Shown: positions 56,731 through 64,000 of the stretch, piece after piece | Layout: each line of letters opens with the position of its first letter | How positions within the stretch are numbered: the first letter of the stretch is position 1 | Source: an uncultured bacterium | GTDB taxonomy: Bacteria > Bacillota > Clostridia > Oscillospirales > Oscillospiraceae | Reading direction: 5' to 3' | NCBI GenBank assembly: GCA_946056135.1 | Contig: CAMGIN010000002.1 | Location: 328 to 64,327 of the forward strand | DNA: 64,000 nucleotides | The notes under the pieces: generated by a model | Databases searched by the model: none | What the model was told of the DNA's origin: nothing | What the model saw: only the letters and a program-made list of their open reading frames with translations | Made by a program: the position numbers and the translations under genes

Positions 56731-58563
56731 ATGACTTTTGATGAACTGAAGGAAAAAGCCCTGACTCTGCCTTATGCCCCTGGCGTTTATATTATGCGGG
56801 ACAAAACCGATAAGGTGATCTATGTAGGCAAAGCCAAAAAACTGAAAAATCGTGTCAGCCAGTATTTTCAGGATACAGCCTCTCACACGCCAAAGACCCG
56901 TATTATGGTGAGCAAGATCCATCATTTTGATGTCATCGTGGCAGCCTCAGAATTTGAGGCATTGGTGCTGGAATGCTCCCTGATCAAGCGGTATATGCCG
57001 AAGTATAATATCCTGTTGAAGGATGACAAAGGCTACCCTTATCTTCGACTGAATATGAAGGAGCTCTATCCCGCAATCACCATCGTCAGCAAGCCGGCAG
57101 ATGATGGCGCCGATTATTACGGCCCCTATGGCGGGCGCTCCGTGACCCATGATGTGATGGAGGCTATCCGGCTGACGCTGAAGCTTCCCGGCTGCCATAA
57201 GCAGTTCCCACGGGATATCGGTAAGGAGCGCCCCTGCCTGAATTACCATATGAACCAGTGTGCGGGTTGGTGCCAGGAGAACAAAAGCTGCACCGAATAC
57301 CGGGAGACCATGCTCCAGGCAAAGCAGCTGCTCCAGGGCAACTACAAGGCAGTGGCCGATCAGATCCGGGAGCAGATGCTTGCTGCCGCGGACAATCTGG
57401 AATTTGAGCTGGCCGCCAGTCTGCGGGATCGGCTGACGGCAGTGGAAAACCTGGGACAAAAGCAGCTTGTCACCGCCGGGACCCTGGCGGACACAGATGT
57501 GGTAGGCTACGGGGAAACCGAGGCCAAGGGCTGTTTTGCCGTGCTCCATTTCTCCGGCGGCAACCTACTGGACAAGGAATATGAGGTGTTTGCCAGGCCC
57601 GATGACAAGGCGGAAGCAGTATCCAGCCTGATGAAGCAGTTTTATCTCAGCCGTGGTATGGCGCCCAAGCGGGTGCTGCTGCCCTTCGAGATCGAAGACA
57701 GCGAGCTATTTGCCGAGCTGCTGGAGCAGCAGTACGGCCGCCGTCCCAAGCTCCATGTGCCCCAGCGGGGCGACAACGTCCGGCTGGTGGAGCTGGCCTG
57801 CAAGAATGCCTTTGAGGAGGCCCAGCGGGTCACAGGCAAGGAAGAACGCTCCAGCGCCACCCTGGGCCTATTGGGAAAAATGCTGGCCCTGGAGCCGCCG
57901 AAACGGATGGAGTCCTTTGATATCTCCAACATTTCCGGAACGGACATCGTTGCCAGCATGGTGGTTTTTCAGGACGGCAAGCCGAAAAAAAGCGATTATA
58001 AGCGTTTCAAGCTGGAGGGACTGACAGATCAGGACGACTATGCCTCCATGCACCAGGTGGTAAAGCGCCGTTTTGCCCACTACAAGACGGGGGACAAGGG
58101 CTTCGACGAGGCGCCGGATCTGCTGCTGATTGACGGCGGCGTGAACCATGCCAAGGTGGCTGTGGCCGCCTTGGAGGAGCTGGAGCTGCATTTCCCGGTG
58201 TTCGGCATGGTGAAAGACGACAGGCACCGCACCCGTGCGCTTGTGACTCCAGAGGGACAGGAGATCCGCATCGACAACAACCAAGCGGTATTCTCTTTGA
58301 TCGGCAATATCCAGGAGGAGACACACCGCTTTGCCATCACCTACCACCGCCAGCTTCGCAGCAAGCGGCTGCGGTATTCGGAGCTGGATGAAATTCCGGG
58401 TATTGGCCCAAAACGAAAGCAGGAGCTTCTGCGGCAGTTCAAGTCCCTCACTGCCATCGGTCAGGCAACTCTGCCGGAGCTGGAACGGCTGCTGCCCAAG
58501 GATGCGGCGGCGGCAGTTTTTCATCATTTTCAGGATAAGAAGCAGGCAGAAACGGAAGATTGA
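56731..58563 (+). CDS. uvrC: Excinuclease ABC subunit C
   Basis: GIY-YIG (PGVY..YVGKAK), YNILLKDDKGYPY, FDISN, DGG, HhH GIGPK. Confidence 0.98.
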   Translation: MTFDELKEKALTLPYAPGVYIMRDKTDKVIYVGKAKKLKNRVSQYFQDTASHTPKTRIMVSKIHHFDVIVAASEFEALVLECSLIKRYMPKYNILLKDDKGYPYLRLNMKELYPAITIVSKPADDGADYYGPYGGRSVTHDVMEAIRLTLKLPGCHKQFPRDIGKERPCLNYHMNQCAGWCQENKSCTEYRETMLQAKQLLQGNYKAVADQIREQMLAAADNLEFELAASLRDRLTAVENLGQKQLVTAGTLADTDVVGYGETEAKGCFAVLHFSGGNLLDKEYEVFARPDDKAEAVSSLMKQFYLSRGMAPKRVLLPFEIEDSELFAELLEQQYGRRPKLHVPQRGDNVRLVELACKNAFEEAQRVTGKEERSSATLGLLGKMLALEPPKRMESFDISNISGTDIVASMVVFQDGKPKKSDYKRFKLEGLTDQDDYASMHQVVKRRFAHYKTGDKGFDEAPDLLLIDGGVNHAKVAVAALEELELHFPVFGMVKDDRHRTRALVTPEGQEIRIDNNQAVFSLIGNIQEETHRFAITYHRQLRSKRLRYSELDEIPGIGPKRKQELLRQFKSLTAIGQATLPELERLLPKDAAAAVFHHFQDKKQAETED

Positions 58564-58697
58564 ATTTTGCGGAATCAAAGAGATGAAAGTATATCTATGA
58601 CTCCGCATGGGATCCTTTTCAATTTGGTATCCTATGAAAGAACTGCTGGTATCATGGAGCATACTCTGTTTATTTTAAGGAAAAAAGAGGAAAGACT

Positions 58698-59240
58698 ATG
58701 CGTGTCATCACAGGAAAAGCCAGGGGCGTTCAGCTGAAGACCCCGGAGGGAATGCTGACCCGTCCTACTACGGACCGGGTAAAGGAGGCCCTTTTCAGCA
58801 TTATTAACTTTGAGATTCCCGGAGCAAAGGTTCTGGATCTGTTTGGCGGCACCGGGCAGCTGGGCATCGAAGCCCTGAGCCGTGGAGCCAGGAGCGCCGT
58901 GTTTGTGGACGCCCGGGAGGAGGCCTGCAAGCTGATTCGGGAGAACCTGAAACGCACGAAGCTGGAGCAGGATGCCAAGGTCGTCCGCAGCGATTACCTG
59001 GACTATCTGGAGCGCTGCCGGGAACAATTCAGCATGATTTTCTTGGACCCACCCTACGCGGAAGTTTTTTTGGAAAATTCCTTAAATCGAATAACCGAAA
59101 TTGACATTTTGCAATCCGATGGTATAATAGTCACAGAACGCCCTTTTGGAAAGGAGCTGCCCTGGGAATTGGAAGGCTACACCCGCTCCCGGGATTATAA
59201 ATACGGAAAAACGCTGCTGACGCTTTACCGAAAAGCATAA
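58698..59240 (+). CDS. rsmD: 16S rRNA m2G966 methyltransferase
   Basis: MRVITG, TRPTTDRVKEALF, LDLFGGTG, DPPY. Confidence 0.96.
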   Translation: MRVITGKARGVQLKTPEGMLTRPTTDRVKEALFSIINFEIPGAKVLDLFGGTGQLGIEALSRGARSAVFVDAREEACKLIRENLKRTKLEQDAKVVRSDYLDYLERCREQFSMIFLDPPYAEVFLENSLNRITEIDILQSDGIIVTERPFGKELPWELEGYTRSRDYKYGKTLLTLYRKA

Positions 59241-59255
59241 CGGCGTGGGAGAACT

Positions 59256-59762
59256 ATGAAAATTGCGATTTATCCGGGCAGCTTTGACCCGGTGACCAGC
59301 GGTCATCTGAACATTATCCAGCGTGCCGCGAATATCTTTGACAAGCTGATCGTCTGCGTCATGGTCAATGCGGGCAAAAACCCCATGTTTTCCCTGGAGG
59401 AACGGGTGGAACTGATCCGCCGGGTCACAGGAGATCTGCCCAATGTGGAGGTTGACGGCTCCAACGAGCTTCTGGCGGATTATGCCAGACGGCGGGGCAG
59501 TTGTGTTATTGTCAAAGGACTTCGGGCAGGATCGGACTTTGAAAATGAATTTCAGATGGCACTGGTCAATCACAAAATCAACCCGGAGCTGGATACCATG
59601 TTTCTGACGGCGGAAAGTCAGTATATGTACTTGAGCTCCAGTATGGTGAAGGAATTGGGAACCTATGGCGTGGACCTTTCGGACTTCCTGCCGCAGGAAA
59701 TTATTCCGGATTTTCAGAAGAGGATAGCACAAAAGAATCAAACCACTCAAGGAGGAAAATGA
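59256..59762 (+). CDS. coaD: Phosphopantetheine adenylyltransferase
   Basis: YPGSFDPVTSGH, KGLR, SSSMVKE. Confidence 0.98.
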   Translation: MKIAIYPGSFDPVTSGHLNIIQRAANIFDKLIVCVMVNAGKNPMFSLEERVELIRRVTGDLPNVEVDGSNELLADYARRRGSCVIVKGLRAGSDFENEFQMALVNHKINPELDTMFLTAESQYMYLSSSMVKELGTYGVDLSDFLPQEIIPDFQKRIAQKNQTTQGGK

Positions 59763-59765
59763 ATT

Positions 59766-60269
59766 ATGAGCGATCGTAATACCGAAGATATCATTGGCGC
59801 ATTGTATGATATGGTGCAGGATGCCCGTTCCATGCCTCTGGCAGCGGATAAGTGTATTCTGGAACGGGATAAGGTTTTGGACATGCTGGATGAAATCATT
59901 GCCCAGCTGCCCGGGGAACTGAAGCAGTCCCGTACAATTGTGGAATCCCGCAATGAACTAATCAGTCAGGCCCGGCGGGAGGCGGAGGGGATTTTGAAGG
60001 AGGCCCAGGAGAAGGCCCGCCAGATGGTCACCCGGGAAGCAATCTATGCAGAGGCCAAGAAGCGCAGCGAAGAGCTGGTTGGCCAGACCCAGACCAGGAT
60101 CAATCAGCTGCGGAAGGCCGGCAACGAATATATGGATGAATCTCTGCGTCAGACGGAAGAAGCCATCTCCAAGGCGTTGGCAGAGGTTCGGGATACCCGC
60201 ATGAAGTTCCGCACCGTCACCGAAGCCCAGGAGCAGCGCAAGACTTCCAAAGTCGATGTCGAGGTGTGA
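59766..60269 (+). CDS. Coiled-coil protein conserved downstream of coaD
   Basis: L..MV..A..MPL...LP.ELKQ; heptad-rich. Confidence 0.8.
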   Translation: MSDRNTEDIIGALYDMVQDARSMPLAADKCILERDKVLDMLDEIIAQLPGELKQSRTIVESRNELISQARREAEGILKEAQEKARQMVTREAIYAEAKKRSEELVGQTQTRINQLRKAGNEYMDESLRQTEEAISKALAEVRDTRMKFRTVTEAQEQRKTSKVDVEV

Positions 60270-60295
60270 TTCCTTTGATCCTTTCTTCAATTATT

Positions 60296-60332
60296 AACCA
60301 GCACAGGCTCGGTCCTGTGCTGGTTCTTTTTT
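60296..60332 (+). terminator. Terminator
   Basis: AACCAGCACAGG...CCTGTGCTGGTT-CTTTTTT. Confidence 0.8.
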
Positions 60333-60373
60333 CCTTCAGAAGGGAATAGGCTGTAGCGAAAGGGGAGAGGGGA

Positions 60374-60802
60374 ATGATAGTCAATCAAAAACCGACCGGA
60401 AGAGCCATGTCTATGCCGGGTGGGCTGACCATTGGCGCCGTGGTTAGTCTGGGGGTAACGCTGCTATTTGCTGCGGTATTGGCCAAGCTGGTGGACATGG
60501 AGAAACTGGCCTGGGGGAACATCGGCTATGGCATTATTGTGATCCTGCTGCTGGCCTCCTTCTCCGGAGCGATGACGGCCTATGCTAAAATCAAGCGCCA
60601 GCGGCTGCTGGTGTGCGGTGCGTCCGGTGTGATCTATTTCGGAATTCTGCTTGCCATTACAGCACTTTTCTTTGGGGGGCAGTATGAAGCGGTTGGGGTA
60701 ACCGCTGGGCTGGTGTTTGGGGGGAGTGCCTGTGCATGGCTGCTGGGATTGCGCGACGGAGGAAGCAGAAGGGGAAAGAAAATCCGACCGGTCCATCGTT
60801 AA
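60374..60802 (+). CDS. 4-TM membrane protein (TIGR04086/DUF3792-like)
   Basis: Four hydrophobic Gly/Ala-rich helices and a basic tail. Confidence 0.65.
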   Translation: MIVNQKPTGRAMSMPGGLTIGAVVSLGVTLLFAAVLAKLVDMEKLAWGNIGYGIIVILLLASFSGAMTAYAKIKRQRLLVCGASGVIYFGILLAITALFFGGQYEAVGVTAGLVFGGSACAWLLGLRDGGSRRGKKIRPVHR

Positions 60803-61031
60803 GTTGTACAAAATCTCGTCATAGGTAAATGCTGTTTACCGCATCTCAATAAAGTGAAAGATATCTTGCAAAAACAATATTTTGTGCATAGACGAAAAAA
60901 ACACCGCAAGATATGGCAGAAAAGTTGAAAATGGTAAAAGAAAATGCAGTGCTTGTTTACCTGGTTGACATAAAAATGTTGACATAAATATCGTCATAAT
61001 CTACAAAAAACGTTGTTTTGGCTAAAAAAGC

Positions 61032-61060
61032 TTGAATTTTTGTAAATTTTGGAGTATAGT
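61032..61060 (+). promoter_or_regulatory. Sigma-A type promoter
   Basis: TTGAAT-N17-TATAGT. Confidence 0.5.
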
Positions 61061-61169
61061 ATGGGTGTATTCGATTTGGGGTATTGCTATGCCCGTGCCG
61101 TGTACACCCTCATTTTTCTGCATAAGGGAACCTTTACTTTGTTTTGTGTTCAGGGAGGGAGTCTATTCT

Positions 61170-61694
61170 GTGGCACGGTTTTTCTGTCCCGATCTGCCGA
61201 ATTTGTGGCGCAGGGGCTGCCGTTTCTTTCTTGCATGCTTCTGGGTGTCCGGAATTTTATGCGGTATTTTGGTATATCTGTCTGCCGGCAGAACGCTTGT
61301 TTCTTTGATGCGCAGTACACTTCCGGTGTCTGTGTCGATCGTTGGGATGCTGTGTGTGACCACATTACCTTTTCTTTTCTCCGCTTTTGCGGTGTTTCTT
61401 TTCAGGCCTGTGTTACTGTTGCCGGTTTGCTTTGGGAAAGCTTTTTTGTTCGCGTTTGTATCGATCGGCATTTTTCAGGCCTATGGGTCTGCCGGATGGC
61501 TGCTCCGGTGGTTCCTGCTGTTCAGTGACTGCACATCCGTTCCAATACTGTATTGGTTCTGGCTGCGCCATATTTCCGGAGATCGTCCATTGGATGGCTT
61601 TGGGGTCGCTTTGATGTGTGCTCTGGGGTTGCTGATTGGCAGTGTAAACTACAGCGTCATCTCGCCGTTTTTGGCGGGTCTGATAGATTTTTGA
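61170..61694 (+). CDS. Membrane protein, probable divergent SpoIIM
   Basis: About 5 TMs, GKAFLFAF and C-terminal ISPFL; immediately upstream of xerD as spoIIM is in Clostridia; GTG start after GGGAGG. Confidence 0.55.
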   Translation: MARFFCPDLPNLWRRGCRFFLACFWVSGILCGILVYLSAGRTLVSLMRSTLPVSVSIVGMLCVTTLPFLFSAFAVFLFRPVLLLPVCFGKAFLFAFVSIGIFQAYGSAGWLLRWFLLFSDCTSVPILYWFWLRHISGDRPLDGFGVALMCALGLLIGSVNYSVISPFLAGLIDF

Positions 61695-61718
61695 AAGGGT
61701 AAATGGGTAAACTGATTC

Positions 61719-62606
61719 ATGTTGGACTTGATTCAAGCCTATGAAAATTACCTGACCAAGGTAAAACAGGCATCAAACAACACAGTATCCTCCTACATGC
61801 GGGATATCCGCCAGTTTTCGCAATGGCTGCAGAATAGGGAAGATATGGATGTTTTGAGTGCCACCCAACTGAATATCAGTGATTATCTGACTTACCTCCA
61901 GTCACAGGGAAAATCCGGCGCTACTGTGTCCAGAACACTGGCAAGCCTGAAAAATTTCTATGGCTATCTGGTATCTACAGGTTTTCTGGAAATCTCTCCT
62001 GTCAATGGAGAGATCCATGTGGATAGAGGAGAGAAAAAGCTTCCTGAAATTCTGACCGGTAAGGAAGTGGAGCTGCTTCTTGCGCAGCCTTCCTGTGTGG
62101 ATTCCAAAGGATTTCGGGACAAAGCCATGCTGGAAGTGATGTATGCCACTGGTATTCGGGTTACAGAACTCATCGACTTAAATGTGGAGGATGTTAACCT
62201 GGAGCTGGGGATTATTAAGTGCAACGGCGCAAAAAAAACTCGTGTTATCCCATTGTATCCTGCCGCACTGCGGGCGCTGTCTGTGTACATGAAAGATGTT
62301 CGGATGCTGATGGTTGCGGATCCTTCGGAGAACGCACTGTTCGTCAATGTTGGCGGCGCCCGGATGAGCCGTCAGGGTTTCTGGAAGATTTTGAAGTTCT
62401 ATCAGGCAAAGGCAGGCATCGAAAAGGACATTACACCGCACACACTGCGCCACAGTTTTGCGGTGCATTTGCTGGAAAACGGGGCGGATCTCGGCTCCTT
62501 GCAGGAGCTGATGGGCCATAGCGATATTTCCTCAACCCAGATGTATACCCACATGATCAATCAAAAGATCAAATCTGTATACGAAAAGTGTCATCCCAAA
62601 GCATAA
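61719..62606 (+). CDS. xerD: Tyrosine recombinase XerD
   Basis: SNNTVSSYMRD, RDKAMLE.MYATGIRVTEL, TPHTLRHSFA.HLLENGAD, GH, TQMY, HPKA. Confidence 0.93.
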   Translation: MLDLIQAYENYLTKVKQASNNTVSSYMRDIRQFSQWLQNREDMDVLSATQLNISDYLTYLQSQGKSGATVSRTLASLKNFYGYLVSTGFLEISPVNGEIHVDRGEKKLPEILTGKEVELLLAQPSCVDSKGFRDKAMLEVMYATGIRVTELIDLNVEDVNLELGIIKCNGAKKTRVIPLYPAALRALSVYMKDVRMLMVADPSENALFVNVGGARMSRQGFWKILKFYQAKAGIEKDITPHTLRHSFAVHLLENGADLGSLQELMGHSDISSTQMYTHMINQKIKSVYEKCHPKA

Positions 62607-62611
62607 ATATA

Positions 62612-62647
62612 AAAAAGATCTGCCGCAAAGAGTCGGCAGATCTTTTT
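62612..62647 (+). terminator. Terminator after xerD
   Basis: AAAAAGATCTGCCG...CGGCAGATCTTTTT. Confidence 0.8.
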
Positions 62648-62713
62648 GTTCATAGGGAATTCATGAGTATGGGGTAGACTGTTGGAACCATCAGGAAAGG
62701 GGAGAGGGTCTCC

Positions 62714-64000
62714 ATGGAACCAAAAAAACACAGATGGTGGCTTCTCGGCATTCTTGTTGCTTTGCTTTTGGGATTTTTCGTCTTCACTTTTTGGGACGCA
62801 ATCCTGATCCGAGTGGCACCCAAGATGGTGCTGACTACAGCACTGAACGATCTGTTTTTTCAGATGGAGCAACGATTTCAGGATGACCCGCTGCTGATCG
62901 TTGCTGGAAGTCTGGAGCCCGAGGGCAAGTACACCATCGACGTGGACCTGGAGACGGAAAAAGAGCTTTTGGGGCCAGTCACCTATGATATGACCCTGCA
63001 GACCAATGGTACGGCTCATCAGCTTTGTGCGGAAGGAAATGTCAGTACGTCGTCAAAAACATTAGATTTTTCCCTATATCTGGATTCGGATTTTATGGCG
63101 GTTTCATCGGTGGATTTGGTCGGCGGAATCTGTTATGGGATAACCTACGACACCTTCGCAGCCGATATACGCCAGATTCCGCTTTTGAATTTTCTGATCA
63201 ATGACAGCCTGCTGCAGAAATGGGAGTCTTCTGTTCAGGAGATCCAGGAAAATATGGGCCGCCCTTACGCATTGCCTGGTCTTCCGGAAACCTCCCCTGA
63301 AGATATGCGGAAGACGCTGATGGGAATTGCTGTACTGCCATGCAAGGCTCAAAAATGTGCGATTTCGCTGTCCGATATCACTGTGACTGGGTACAAACTG
63401 GATTTTTCTGTCAGCGGGCAGCAGATTAAGCAGATCCTCTCCGGAATGACCGACGGCACAGATATCGGAGAAGGGACTGCAGTGGTCTCTTTCTACCTTT
63501 ATGAGAATTCCGTTGTAAAAATCGGTCTTCTGTATGAGGCGGAGGGATCGTCGCTTCAATATCGTTTGGACTTGGGGCAGAATCCTTTGGAAAATCTGCT
63601 GAGCTTACAGGGAACGCAGCGCAAAAATGGAGAGGATAATAAACTGGCCATCACAGTAGCCACGCAGAACGAAGAAAATCAGTATACGGAAACCTGGAAT
63701 ATTCAGAAGGGAAACGACGATCCGCTTTTTATCGCCTTTGCGTGGAATCCTCTGAGCGGTGACATGACACTGAAAACCAGCGTGGCTGCACAACCCTGTT
63801 TGCTCAATTTGTCAGAAACAGAGAATGGCTTCCGGATGACAACTGATGATCTGTTAAGCCTGGTATACGCACTTTCTCCAAATGGACAGACAACGCAAAA
63901 GGATGAAATGGTCTCCTGCGTTATGAATGTCAGCAGAGGTTCTGAAATCGTGACACCCGCATACAAGAACCTGGATCAATGGTCAACGGAGGATTTTCTA
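62714..64000 (+). CDS. Membrane-anchored extracellular hypothetical protein (runs off the window)
   Basis: RBS GGGGAG; MEPKKHRWWLLGILVALLLGFFVFTFW then a long open frame; not in the ORF track, consistent with no stop before the window edge. Confidence 0.75.
   Translation, partial: MEPKKHRWWLLGILVALLLGFFVFTFWDAILIRVAPKMVLTTALNDLFFQMEQRFQDDPLLIVAGSLEPEGKYTIDVDLETEKELLGPVTYDMTLQTNGTAHQLCAEGNVSTSSKTLDFSLYLDSDFMAVSSVDLVGGICYGITYDTFAADIRQIPLLNFLINDSLLQKWESSVQEIQENMGRPYALPGLPETSPEDMRKTLMGIAVLPCKAQKCAISLSDITVTGYKLDFSVSGQQIKQILSGMTDGTDIGEGTAVVSFYLYENSVVKIGLLYEAEGSSLQYRLDLGQNPLENLLSLQGTQRKNGEDNKLAITVATQNEENQYTETWNIQKGNDDPLFIAFAWNPLSGDMTLKTSVAAQPCLLNLSETENGFRMTTDDLLSLVYALSPNGQTTQKDEMVSCVMNVSRGSEIVTPAYKNLDQWSTEDFL

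Noticed and set aside
60803-61030. SCIFF ranthipeptide gene, often found after TIGR04086-type genes
   Set aside because: No six-cysteine peptide ORF or radical SAM maturase is visible.
61719-62606. Tyrosine recombinase as an integrase of a mobile island
   Set aside because: Sequence and spoIIM-like context fit housekeeping XerD; no att sites or phage/ICE genes are nearby.

Overview
A 64-kb chromosomal segment of a GC-rich, spore-forming Clostridia-class bacterium (Oscillospiraceae-like, inferred from gene order and content). It is mostly core genome: the 3' end of valS, rplS-lepB-rbgA-rnhB-yraN, tig-clpP-clpX-lon-engB, tepA-(uppP-like)-spoIIIE/ftsK, coaBC/panT/coaX, a complete spoIIIAA-AH operon, asp23-nusB-(tsaD paralog)-xseAB-ispA, a ydjGHI-like module, an ECF sigma/anti-sigma pair, ylbJ/yqfCD-phoH-ybeY-era-yqzL-recO-mutS2, hpr-uvrC-rsmD-coaD and spoIIM-like-xerD. 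I saw no rRNA, tRNA, CRISPR array, prophage or transposase gene. The main unexplained signal is a family of four non-coding elements (5351-5510, 7571-8235, 21599-21864, 47311-47579) with a shared chassis: imperfect 8-bp direct repeats, a 12-bp terminal inverted repeat (GTAACTATTCAG-like), an unconserved 20-21-nt spacer and a 14-bp near-palindromic inner box (TAAATGATCGTTTA). Each copy carries a different palindromic cargo: three distinct GTAG-type REP pairs, or two unrelated long inverted repeats. Two intact ORFs look like catalytically dead pseudo-enzymes (threonine-synthase-like and UppP/BacA-like). A candidate pan-motif leader and a non-canonical HPr are also present. All calls come from reading the sequence by eye; no database searches were run.
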